Shown here in pieces: positions 12,727-25,155 of a DNA stretch of 64,000 nucleotides. The first letter of the stretch is position 1; each line of letters opens with the position of its first letter. The position numbers were made by a program, and so were the translations under genes. The notes beneath the pieces were generated by a model. It was not told the origin of the DNA. It made no database searches and saw only the letters and a list, made by a program, of their open reading frames with translations. This DNA is from Phaeosaccion multiseriatum. Lineage: Eukaryota; Protista; Ochrophyta, other classes. The stretch lies in contig OZ218951.1 of NCBI GenBank assembly GCA_965112735.1, forward strand, positions 1,674,001-1,738,000, in the 5' to 3' direction.

Positions 12727-13818
12727 CCAGCACCAGCAAGATCAATGCCGACCCCAATAGGCCCTCTCTAAAGAGGAGGGCGGCGCCACCGCCGGTGCCG
12801 TCGGGCCTGTCTGCATTTGTCCTCTTTGGCATGGCCAAGCGGAGTGAGATCTTCGCCGAGAATCCGGGCATTGTGGTGCGTATGGTGGGATGGCCGGCAG
12901 TAATTTGCGTGGCGTTTTTAGCAGCTGGTTTTTAGTCTTTCTCGCTCATCTCTCTCTCTCTCTTGTCTCCAGGCGAAGGACACTCTGCGTCTAGTTTGTA
13001 CAGCATGGGAGTCAATGGAAGAGGAAGACAGGGCAAGGTGGGAAGCCCATGCCGAACGCAGGAGAAGAGAGGAGGAGCTGCAGGAGCAGAGGCGCGAGAG
13101 GGAGCACGGGGTGGAGGATATGGTCGACATGGTGGGACTGAGAGACGACAAGGCCCTGTCCCATGCCCATTCCGGGGGAGGTGAGGATGACTCCACAACG
13201 CGCCCCAATTCGCCGTCATCGTGCTTTTCCTTCGGGGGCAGTGCATGTCGGTCGAGTTGTGGCGGGAGCGGCAGGAGCTGGGCATCCAGCATGGAGCCCA
13301 GTGAGAAGGCGATGAGAGGCATCGAAGAACGCACCAGCATTAGTAGCAGGAGCGAGGATGGAGCGAGTGGACTTACGGAAGGAGGAGGAGCAGGAGCAGG
13401 AGCAGGAGGAGGAGGAGGAGGAGGAGGGGGAGGAGGAGAAGGAGGAGGAGGAGGAGGAGGAGGAGGAGGAGGACACGAGCGTGCGCGGCACATGCTTCAG
13501 GCTGATGAGGATGATGAAGACGAGGGGTTCGGCCGGACGGATCAAAGGTCTGCTGCTGGCCCTTGCCGCGTATCGACGGAGGAGGAGGAGGGGGGGGAAG
13601 AGCGGAGGGGACAAGGAGGAGAAGAAGAAGAAGAGCAACAAGAAGGAGAGGAAGCAGACTTCTTCGAGCCGGGCACGCCGATGCATCACATAGTCAGTTT
13701 CCGGAAGGTCATGAAGGCGAGAGGCATCGTGACGCCGGAGCTGCAAGAAGCATGCTGGGTGTCCTTCAAAGAAGCACACGAGCAGCAGGGTGGCGAGTGG
13801 GAGGACTACTGCTTTTGA
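12690..13818 (+). CDS. HMG-box DNA-binding protein (2 exons; intron 12876-12972)
   Basis: Splicing gives PPVPSGLSAFVLFGMAKRSEIFAENPGIV|AKDTLRLVCTAWESMEEEDRARWEAHAERRRREEE, an HMG-box pattern, in frame with ORF 13015..13818. Start uncertain (in-frame TAG at 12567 upstream). Confidence 0.8.
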
Positions 13819-14508
13819 TACATAGACCAGAAAGCAGTGTGTAAGTGCAGGTGTTCAGGTATTTGTCGTCCGTCTGTGTCTTGTCTTGAGCAAGGATGGG
13901 GGTCGGAATTGGCAACGGGGCTGCGTTTCCCTCGTGTGTGCGTGCGTGTGGCACGCACTCGAGACACACCAGAGCACGCAGAAGCAACAATACTCGTCAG
14001 CAGCAGCAGCAGCAGCAGGAGCAATATGAGTCTCATTTTTTTATGATAATGTTGGAGCAATGGGCTGCTTCCGAGTCCAGTGCCGGGTGCTACACGGCAC
14101 TAGGAGGGACAAGAGATTCCCTTACCCCATGATACATATTTCAGCGCAGTCTGTCGTTTCGAGCGAGTACCTACTCCTCATAGTCTATATATATAGTACA
14201 CAAGTGGTCTCTACTGCTACCATCAGATGCTCCCTCCTCACCCTCATAGTACCGCTGTAGTGCCCCCTCTACTGGCTTGTTCCTATGCCTTGTGCGAGCA
14301 AACTGTCTCGCAGGAGACAGGAGGGGAGAGGGCGAGCAGAGGCCGGCCCGATGCGCTTGAGCTTTCCTGCGCCTCCTCACAGCAAGGGTATGGCGTCGCA
14401 GCACTGGCCCATATGACTGGAATGGCATGCTGCCCCCTCCCAGCTGCTGCTGCTGCTGCCGGCGTCCTCCAGACCTTCAAAGATGTCCCGTGTAGAGCCC
14501 TGCTGCAC

Positions 14509-14575
<67 letters not shown>

Positions 14576-14908
14576 GTGTGTGCGTGTGTGTGTGGTCGGG
14601 CGCGTGTGTGTTGTGTGTGTGTGTGTGTGTGTGCGTGTGTGATGTGAGATTGTGTGTTAGAAAGCGGGGGGGGGGGGCGAGGAGGGACAATCGCCTGAGG
14701 TACATGTATATCGGTGGGCGCTGTTCTCCATTCTCCTCCGTCCGTCCCTGCACAGTAGGAGGGGGGGAGGGAGGGAGGGAGGGAGGTACCTAAACGTAAC
14801 CCCCCCCCCTATCACCGGATAGTTGGTGTCATCACCGGGGGGCGGGTGGGCGGGTGGGCGAACCGACCCTCCAATCCCTCCGACATCCTTCAAACCCCTT
14901 ACACATCG

Positions 14909-15426
14909 TCACTTCACCTTCTTTCCCCCCAGGGCCGACAGCCTGCTGACGTCATCCGGTCCCGCCACCTGGCCTTCATTTTGAAGTTGAATTGCGAGGC
15001 TCTGCACAATGTCCTGACACATGAATGGGTCTCCTCGTCGGCGATGAAGCCGCACCATGTGGCAGTCGCCGCAGTCGGCATCTGCTGAAGACTCGGAGAG
15101 GAAGACCGCTGCAGTCAGCTCCACGCCCCGCAGGGGGAACACGGCCTTCAATTTGAGTCTGGCAGCCTGCGGCGCAATGTGGGCCGGGTGGATGGTTGGG
15201 TGGACGTACAGGAGTTTACGCGGAGGTGGAGGGTGGCCCAGGGAGGGAAACGGATTTGAGGTATAATACAAGCACACGACATCGCGTAGACAGGAGGAGA
15301 GACGGATGGGCAGATAGATAGACAAGATAGAGAGATGAACGGGGCAGCATTGAGAGACAGGTGTACAGACAGGTAAAGGTAGCCGAAAGATAGACAGGGC
15401 ACACACACACACAGATTGATGAGATC

Positions 15427-15460
<34 letters not shown>

Positions 15461-18400
15461 TCGAAAGACAGATAGATAGATCGACGGACAGACAAACGAG
15501 AGATAGATAGCCATGACACATACAGAGACCGATAGACAGGGAGAGGCACACACGGACAGACAGCCAGACAGACAGACAGACAGACAGCCAGCCAGACAGA
15601 CAGACAGACAGGTAGACAGACAGACAGACAGACGGACAGACAGACAGACGGACAGACGGACAAGACAGACGGATAGACAGACGGACAGGCGGATGAGAGA
15701 GACAGACATGATTCGCCGAGCTGCGTATATGAAAGGCCAACCAATACCTTTAGAGGCTCTCTTGCGCCAGAGAGAGCAGGCACCTAGACAGGGTAAGCAA
15801 CCCCTCCCTTCCCTCCGCTATCATCCCGCCGCTTACCTTCACCGTAATTACAGGCAAGTCCTTCTTGTCCTCCTCCTCCTCCTCTTCCCCCCACTCTTGT
15901 TGCTGGGAGCAGGGTGACGATGGAAGCCCAACCACCCTGTCACAACTGGCGGGGTCCTGTGCTGCCGCTGAGGGGGCTGAAGGAGCAGAAGGAGGAGGAA
16001 AAGAACCAAGAGGACGAGGGCGAGCGCAGCGGCTCAACGCCGTCGCCACCTTCTCGAGGAACAATTCGCCGTCAGGCTCGGCGCTGAAGAAAGTGTCACA
16101 CGGCTTTACCCCATAGAGGTCCAGCGGGAAGTCACTGCTGCTGCTGCTGCTGCTGCTGCTACTACTACTACCACCATCAGCTGCCTTACCACCGCTGTTG
16201 GGGAGGGGGAGGGGGACGGGGAGGGGGGCGCAGCTCGCCAGGACATGGATCGTGATGTGTTGCGCGCGAAAGGGGCCGGGGTACGCTGCGCAGAGAGGGC
16301 AAGCTTCCTTAGCACGTGAGCATCGCGCTCGGCCTGCTTGGTGTCAAGCACGAGCTGTCTCCGCTTGGAGAGCTCCTGAGGGGAAACGGAGGGTGAATGG
16401 TTGATATGTAAGGGAGGGGCACCACAGCATCAACGTAGGGAGGGGTAAGGTAGGGTTCTTTGGAGAGCGGCGGGCGGGGGGGTGAGGGAGTAGGTAGAGA
16501 CTGAGCTGACTTTGCTGATGCTGCTGCTGCTACTGCTTGGTCCCCCTCCCCACCAGGGTTGAGTAGGGAAGAAAGAGAGAGGGGGCAAGCATCCAGGACA
16601 CAGAAATGTATGACAGTAGACGCACCTGAAACCGTTCTGCCTCCGAATAAGCAGAAGCTGCGTTTGAGGTGAGCCAGGGGTGCGTTTGCAGCTGAAGGAG
16701 GGGGGGGGGCAGGCAGCGGAACATTGGGGCGAACGTTCGTGAAGGGTTGGCGAATTGGCGACGCGACACCGAAATACCAACACCTCCATTTGCACTGCCG
16801 CTGGGTAGGGTATGCCGTATCAAGGGTGGCCGAAAAAGGGATACCTTTCATCCCCAGGGCCCACTCGAGGCCAGGGTGAAAGGTACCCTACCCTACCCTA
16901 CCCTACCCCACTCGTTTCCCTCCCTATTTCCATAAGACTGAGGCAACCCAACCCCCTTATGAGCCATGCAGGGGGGCATGGTATCGTGCCAGCTCAGAAA
17001 GGCACATTACCCCCCAATGTCTCCTCCCATCATCTGTCGGTAATGCCTGCCACCCTACGACGATATCCCGCCTTTTCCCCGCTACTTATCATACTGCATA
17101 CCCCACCCATCCTGACGGCAAAGTCGGAAACCCTTCCCTGCCCGGCCCCCTGCCCTGCTCCCTGTTTCCCTTGCGTTTTCTGTGCTGCCTCTCCCATAGA
17201 GCTCCCAGGCCCGTCCAAGGCCCCAAGCTCTAAGCTCCTCTTCCATGGTACAATACGATACAGACCTTTTCCTTACGATATTTGTGCTTGTTCGACCTCA
17301 CTCATATCGTATCGAAATAATCAATCCCGTTCTCTCTCAAATTTTGAATGCTCTTCCATATACCTCCATCTGTCTACCTTACCTGAGCGATGGTGGCGCG
17401 CCCCTCGGGGTCTGCAACGAAGATGCTGTTGAGCAAGTCCTGGGCCCCGGGGGGGAAGCCCGGGCAGTCTCCTAAATGGGCGGCCCAGAAGCGGTCATGT
17501 CTGGAGGGATGGCAGTGAATGGATGGATGGAGACAAAGGAAGGAAATTGAAATATGAATGAGCACGTGAGTAGCACAAGAAGGAGGTGCCAGCCGTGATG
17601 AGGCACACGGACAGACAAAGAGAGACCAACGGCATTGGATTGACGGTTAATGCACTTCATTGGATTCATTGTAGGGTATGGCATTGCAATTCATTTGGTT
17701 GATTGTAGGGTGAAGCAGTGCCGTTCACTGAGGGGGAGACGGGGTGTGGTAGCTTTACTCATTTCCTCACTCACTCACTCACTCACTCACTCACTCACTC
17801 ACTCACTACCGAGCCAGTTCTCTCCAAAAACCAACCCACTCCATTCCGCGTCGACACCTTCATTGCCCTTCACTTCACATACTTTACTTACCTGTCCGCC
17901 TTGACGGCCTTGAACCACCAATCACAGGAGGTTGCCAGCTGAAAGGGGGGGTTGCCTGCCAGCATGATGAAGAGACAAACCCCCGCACTCCACACGTCGG
18001 CGGAGGACCCCCTGTAGGGTTTCCCGGCCATCACTAGGATATTGGGTACATGAGTGGGTGGGTCGGGTCGGTTGATAAACGGATGAGTCTCTATATAAGA
18101 CTTGTCTTGGGGGTCCCCGACACCCTCCTCGCGCCTCACTTGTGCCAACGGCGCACACAGGGAAGGAAGGGCGCGCGAACTCGCTTTCCTTTCCCCTTAC
18201 CTTCACCCGCACCTCGACCTCATGCCCTCTGTAATTCACTCATTCACTCCCTCATGCACTCATTCACGCACTCACTCAGTCACTCACGCACCCACACACT
18301 CAGTCACTCACTCACTCTCTCACCTTCCGGGGCCATGTAGCAGAGCGTGCCGCACTCCGTCCGACAGAGCCCCCCTTCCTCTCGGTGGGCTGCGAGGCCG

Positions 18401-18997
18401 AAGTCAGCGAGGACGAGGTTAAAGCGGTGGTCCAACAACAGGTTGTCGGGCTTGACGTCTCGGTGGGAGATGCCGTTGGCATGGCAGGCCTGAAGGGCGG
18501 CGAGCAGTTGCGCAAAAAAGTCCGATGCGAGCTGCTCGGAGAAGGCGCCTGTGAAGAGCAGGTAGTCGAAAAGCTCTCCCCCCGCAGCGGCGTCCATGAC
18601 AATCACCGTGGCTTTCCTGCAATGCGAGGAGGAAGAGTGGGTCCGTGACGACACCACGGGGACTCGACGGGAAGAAGGCCAGCAGCGCTCACCATCCTCC
18701 ACCCACCAACACCTACCTGATAGAGCCATTCTTCTTGACGTAGTCAACGTCCCACAGCACGTCGCGGATATTGAGGATGTGCGGGTGGGAGCCCCCCAAG
18801 ACCTGCATCGCCTGGACCTCCTGCTTCAATTGGTCTCCCGCCTGCGGGCCCATGAGGTCCTTGAAGAGAATCTTGAGCGCGCACACGACAGGTGGATTGA
18901 TCGAGGTGTCCAGGCCGTAGCGCACCTTCCCGCTCATGCCCGTCCCCAGGGTCGGGCCGATGAGGTAATAGCCGATGCTGCGGTTCCACGACGACAT
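14909..18997 (-). CDS. Ser/Thr protein kinase (CAMK/AMPK-like) with C-terminal regulatory region; multi-exon
   Basis: Successive exons carry LGTGMSGKV, ALKI, GGELFDYL, HRDVKPDNLLL, DFG, CGTLCYMAPE, DVWSAGVCLFIMLAGNPPF, DPEGRATIAQV and HPW. The last exon (VRLHRRRGDPF) resembles a KA1-type tail. 3' exon structure approximate. Confidence 0.9.
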
Positions 18998-19435
18998 TAT
19001 GGACTATCACGCTTTTCGTTTTCCTCCTTCACGGCCGATACAGACCTGCAAGCGGCGCGCACAGACTACTCAAAAGGAAGAGGGAACCCTACATGCTGTG
19101 TCCCGTCCTCGAGACGGGCTGCAGGCTTCAAAGGGAGAGAAACAGAATTGTGTGAAATATTAACCGTGCATCCGCTCCCTTCCGTCGCCTCCCTCTCCCT
19201 CTCTTCAATCCCCCCTTTGCGGTGTGCTCGTGGGCAGATACAAGCGTCTAATCAATGCCCCCAAGCTGTAAATTCGCCGACCGAAGCGACCTAAAGCGAG
19301 GTAGGTACGTTTCGTTTAAGAAGGAGGGGACCCGTACCGTCAGTAGGTGTGACTCACAGATAATTACCAACACGCAAAGGAAAAAGTTCAGTGCGTGTCG
19401 GCTTTGAGAAGGAAGGGAGAGGACGCCTTCTCACC
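18998..19435. promoter_or_regulatory. Probable bidirectional promoter between kinase and NDH-2
   Basis: Only ~440 bp separate the divergent start codons. No specific motif identified. Confidence 0.5.
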
Positions 19436-19837
19436 ATGCTGCTGCTTCAGCTGTGCAGCAGCTGCGGCATGTACCTTTTCGTATTTAGTGTGCTAGCAGT
19501 AGCTCAGGTGGAGGGATTCGGTTTTGGTGGCCCAGCGTTCAGCAGCAGCATCAGCACCACCACCAGCAGACCCTCAGCTCGGCAGGGGACCGGTCCGGCG
19601 GGATACACATGCCGTGCGACCAGCAGACTCCCGATGAAGGATAGGGAAGGGGAAGGAGCAGAGGAAGAGCTGAGAGAGTTCTTACGAAAGCAGAGTGGGG
19701 ATCTCAGCGATACGAAAGCAACTGGGAATGGGGCAGAGGTAAGACAGTGCTACATGTCCAACACCGGTGATTCATGGCCCCCCACCACTACTCCTCTTTC
19801 CACTCCACGCCTCTCCTCCACCCGGCCCCGCCGCCCG

Positions 19838-19872
<35 letters not shown>

Positions 19873-21467
19873 CAAGCTGATTCATGCTCGATTCATCCAC
19901 CCACCCGTCCCATCCCTTGTCGGTGCGTCAGGGGGGCTACTCAAAGTATTCGGACGAGCTCATGAACAAAATAAGGGCGGAGCGCTCCTACGTTAGCGTC
20001 ATTGCAGAGAAGACCCTGGAATCGCTCGAGTCTGCCTGGGACTCCTTGTTTGACTCCAAACCAGACGCCGACGAGGTGCGTCATGCATGCCTTACCCTGT
20101 CTTGCCCTGTCTTGGGCTGGGTTGTATTGTGAAGATACTTACTGTCTTTGTAGGGGGTGTAGGGAGGCGTGCCAGGTGGCTGACCCAAATAGAATTCAGT
20201 CTCAGGGGGAGGAGGACTGTCTCAACTCAGGGAGTGTGTTTCGAAAGAGCTTTAGCGGGTGGATATGTGGCGGTGCGGGGTCCCTCCCTGTATGCCAAGC
20301 CAAAGGAGCGTTTTGCCTCCCAGCAGCCAAGACTGTTCGATTCCTTGACAGCCACACCGCGGATCGGACGGGTGGGGGCATCCTCCTTTCCGTACGTACC
20401 CCCAACCTGCACCTCTGCTGGCCCGCCCCTTCTTGCCTGCCCTGCACAGATCATGAGACGGCAGCTCCTCTCGGGGGGCAAGCGCAAGAAGCTCGTTGTG
20501 CTCGGCACTGGGTGGGGCAGTCACTCCTTCATCAAAGAAGTCGACGCCGCCCAGTACGACGTCACCATCATCAGCCCTCGCAACTACTTTCTCTTCACCC
20601 CCCTCCTCACCCAAAGCGCGGTGGGCACGGTGGAATACCGTAGCATTACCGAGCCGATTCGCAACGTTAACCCCCAGGTCAAGTACGTGGAGGCCACGTG
20701 CAATCACATCAACCCCGTGTATAAAAAGGTTACCTGCCAGAATGTGGTGTGCGAAGGTACCTCGTGCGCCATTCAAGACTTTACGGTGGAGTACGATTAT
20801 CTCGTTGTTGGGGTGGGCGCCTCCACCAACACCTTTGGCATCAAAGGGTAAATAAGAGCTTGCGGGGTGGGCGGGATGGGGGCAGCAAGAAGTTTCTTTT
20901 CATGTCCTCGCTTCCTTTCCTTTCATGTCCTCGCTTCCTTCCTTCCTTCCTTCCTTCCTTCCTTCCTTCCTTCCTTCCTTCCTTCCTTCCTTCCTTCCTT
21001 CCTTCCTTCCTTCCTTCCTCCCTTCCTTCCTTCCTTCCTTCCTTCGTCCTCGTAGCCCTGTCCTTGGCCTCGCCCTCCCTCCCTCCCTCCCCCTCTCCCC
21101 CCTTCTCTCTATCTCTCTCCTTCTGCTTTTATTATATTATTGTGCTTCACTCACCTTTGGAAACCATATTCTCCTCATGCCCGTCTCAACACACACGCAC
21201 ACGCATACACACACACAGGGTAAAGGAGCACTGCATCTTCTTGAAGCAAATATCCGACGCTTCTCGCCTCCGCACGGCCATCGGGAACTGCTTCGAGCGA
21301 GCCAACATTCCCTCGGCCACCCTGGAGGAGAGGCAAGCGGCCCTAACCTTTTGTGTGATTGGAGCAGGGCCGACCGGCATCGAGTTCACAGCGGTGAGTA
21401 AGGCAGTTACTCAGTCAAGACAGCTAAGGTAGTTGGTTTTGTCTGCGTGGACATTTCTGCTGGGTGT

Positions 21468-21544
<77 letters not shown>

Positions 21545-21563
21545 CTGTGTGTGTGTGTGTGTG

Positions 21564-21598
<35 letters not shown>

Positions 21599-24581
21599 AC
21601 GTGTGTGTGTGTGTATGTGTGTGTGTGGTGTGTGTGTGTGCGTCTCTATACATACACACACACACTTTTTCTCTCCCTTCTTACTCCATCTCCCTCTGTC
21701 TCTATCCATCAGGAACTGCGTGACTTCCTCGAAGAAGATGCCGCTCGCTTCTACCCTCAGTTGTTGCGCTATGTGCGCATCAAGCTCATTGAGGCCTCCG
21801 ATCGAGTGCTCATGGCTTTTGACGAGTCCCTGCAACAAGTAGCGCTTAAGAGCCTCACGGAGCGGTGAGTGAAGGACAGGGCGTGCGTGTGTACGTGGGT
21901 GCGTGAGTGTGTGAGTGGGTGGGTGGGTGCGTGAGTGTGTGAGTGTGTGAGTGGGTGAGTGGGTGCGTGGGTGCGTGAGTGTGTGAGTGGGTGCGTGGGT
22001 GCGTGAGTGTGTGAGTGGGTAGGTACATGCGTTGTACTCATGCTCATTGCTTCGTACTATTTGGAATACAACTGACCCACTCCACCACCTCCTCCCTCCC
22101 TCCCTCCCTCCCTCCCTCCCTCCCTCCCTCCCTCCCTCCCTCCCTTTCTCACCCCCTCCCAACTTCCCCCCCCCCTCACCTCCCCTCCCCCTCTTCCTCC
22201 CTCCACTCCCCCTCCCCCCTCCCCTCCCTCCTCACCCCCCCCCTCCCTCCAACCCAACCTTACCACCAACAACAGCAAGACCACTTTGATAGCCCGAGGC
22301 CTGGTCCAAGAAGAGCCCACAGAAGTGTTGCTTAAGGCAGGAGTGAAGGAGGTGACCGATTCCGTGGTCAAGCTTGCCAACGGAGAAGAGATTCCCTACG
22401 GTTTCGCGGTGTGGGCGGCTGGTAATGGGGCCCTCCCGCTTGTGTCGGAGCTAATTGAGAACTTGCCTTCTCAAAGGAAGAACAAGGCCTGGGGCAGGTA
22501 AGAAACCCCACTGTTCTGTTCTCTCTTCTCATTGTGTTGGTTTGCGCTTTTGTTCTGTGCTGGAGGAAAGAAAGAAGAAGGGCCAGCGAGAAGAGAAGCG
22601 CTTGGTCTTGGTATCTCCTGATCCTCCTCTTCTCTCCCCCCCCCCCCCCTCGGGTTAGGTACCGTTAGGGGTAGTGAGGAAGCCCAGGGGGGGCAGGGGC
22701 GGTGGGCGACTTCAATTGGGTATCGTCGTGTAAAATGGGGGTTTCAGGCGAAGTGGTAACCACTCATGCACGCATCGAGTTTTGGGTCTGATAAGATCGT
22801 AGTTATCCTGTAAATCACCTGCTGTACCAGTGAAGCTGTCAACCTGTATGTTGTTAAACTGTTGCTAACCTGTTGTAACTGTGGCCCCAACAACACTTCA
22901 ATGCTACAGGGGGCGCTTAATCGTGGACGACTGGCTCCGAGTCAAAGGCGCCATTGGGGATGGAATCTTCAGTATTGGCGACTGCGCAGTGGTGGACCAA
23001 AAGCCCCTGCCCCAAACAGCGCAGGTGCTTACCCACCCACCCACCCACTCACTCACTCACTCACTCACTCACTCACTCACTCACTCACTCACTCACTCAC
23101 TCACTCACTCACTTACTCACTCACTCACTCACTCACTCACTCACTCACTCACTCACTCACTCACTCACTTACACCTACCCACTCACTCACTCGCCCAGGA
23201 ATGGGCCAAAGCCCCCTCCCCTGACTTCTCTCCCATCCCCTCTCCTCCCCTCCCCTATCCCTCTGCAGGTGGCCAGCCAGCAGGGCGTGTTCCTGGGCAG
23301 GCTGTTCAGCAGGGACTATGACTTGTTGCAGCCTGTACCCATCAAGCAGGAGGGCAAGAAGGTCAACAGCGTCATGTCGGAGAAGGTGCGTGTGCGCGCG
23401 CGCGGCATGGGGTGTGTGCGTGGCGTTTGTGCGTGGGTGGGTGCGTGCGTGGGTGGGTGCGTGCGTGGGTGGGTGCGTGCGTGGGTGCGTGCGTGGGTGG
23501 GTGCGTGGGTGGGTGCGTGCGTGGGGCATGTGCGAGCGAGCGAGCGCCTGTCTGATCAAAGGGCGGCGGTGTGTGAGCGCTTCTCAAAGCTTCCCAAGAG
23601 ACACGTTCCATTCCTTCTTGAGTCTACTAAAGTACAGTCTTCCTGACCACCCATTCTACCGATATGCCTCTACCCCTCCTACCCCTGCCCATATGCCTTT
23701 CGTTGCCCCACCCTCCCTGCCTCGAACACCCAACGCGTGTATGCGTGTGTGTTGGCGTCGCCAGGCCGGGCTGTCTGCAACGGGTCGCTTCGCTCGGGCC
23801 TTCCAGTTCCTGAACCTTGGGGTGAGTCGAACGACGATAGAGGTCGGAGATAAGGAGGGAGGGAGGGAGGGGGGTAAGGAGGGGGGGAGGGAGGGAGGGA
23901 GGAGGGAGGGAGGGAGAGAGGGAGGGAGGGAGGAGGGAGGGAGGGAGAGGGAAGGATGGAGGGAGGGTGGGAACGGAGGCAGAGAGGAAGGGAGGGAGTG
24001 AGGGAGGGAGTGAAGAGAGGGAGAGAAGAGAGAGAAGAGGGAGAGGGGAAAGAGGAGATAAAAGAAACATCTTCTGATTTTGTCTGCGTCTGACCTGTAT
24101 AAACCCCTCCTTTAATTCCTTCCCTCGGCCTCCCTCTGTCTCCCTCTCCCTCCCACCCTCCCTGTTGGCCCTTCTGCTCGCCTCCGCAGATTTTGGCGTA
24201 CGTGGGCAATGCAGGAGCTCTCGCACAGGTCAGTGCCTCAGTCATCGCGTCTTTCTCTCTCTTGGCTCTCTCCCTCCCCCCCCCCTCTCTCTCCCTCCCT
24301 CTGCTCTCCATACTCTGTTGCTGTCCATAAAACGCAACACGGGGGTCAGTCAATGCATACAAATACATCACACTGACTGAATGTGCTGTTCTCACCCGTC
24401 GCTCTCTCTCTCTGCGAAGGTGCAAGTTGGGGACAAGCAGATCAAGAGCTCTGGTCAGGCCGGCTTCGTCCTGTGGCGCTCCATCTACCTGTCCAAGCAG
24501 GTCTCGATGCGGAACCGCGTACTTGTGGTGTTGGACTGGTCCCGGACCAAGCTCTTTGGGAGGGACATTACGAGGCTGTGA
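19436..24581 (+). CDS. Type II (alternative) NAD(P)H:quinone oxidoreductase, probably plastid-targeted; multi-exon
   Basis: KKLVVLGTGWG, ISPRNYFLFTPLL..AVGTVEYRSITEPIR, YDYLVVGVGA..NTFGIKG, GAGPTGIEF, IKLIEA, VWAAG, GDCA, AQVASQQG, WRSIYLSKQVSMRNRVLVVLDW..TKLFGRD. N-terminus is signal peptide + VEG|F + Ser/Thr-rich transit peptide. Confidence 0.93.
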
Positions 24582-25155
24582 GGGAGTTGCTGGTCGCTGA
24601 TCGCCGGTCGTCCACTGTCGATTGACAAACGGGTTTGCAAGGTTGATTGTGGACGTCAGGGAGCTGACTTGACTGTTTCACTCCCCCATCCATTCATTTA
24701 GAAAAGGTTTCTTTTTTTTGTTTTCGCTTGTGTTTGATGAGGGCGTTGCGTTTTATGGTACGAAAGACGATAGATGGAAGAGAAGAATTTTTCAGAGAGG
24801 GAAAGAGAGAGAGAGAGTGTGTGTGTGTATAGTTTAGGGGAAGAGTGTGGTGACCGTCTAACACGCTTCACACTCTCACGAGGGGTCGGCTGGACAATAT
24901 CTTCCCGTCCTGCGCGTGGTCGAGAGTAGCGCATGTCGGGAGGGGGGGGGGGGGGGGAAGGAGGGGGGCCTTGACCTTGAATTTCAACTCTTTCTCCCTT
25001 CCCTGTTGTTCATTCTGATCTCCAAGTGTTTGCCCAAATATAATAAAGCAAAGAGCTCCAAAGGGAGGAGAAAAGAGGAGGGGCTTACGCATCCCAGGAA
25101 AATTTAGTAGTGGGAGCAGTGGTAGCTGCGGAAGCGACGCGAGGGAGAGAGGAGG

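Noticed and set aside
16800-16835. Possible right end of another TCGGCC-type MITE in a kinase intron (GTATCAAGGGTGGCCGA)
   Set aside because: No matching left end or TSD found.
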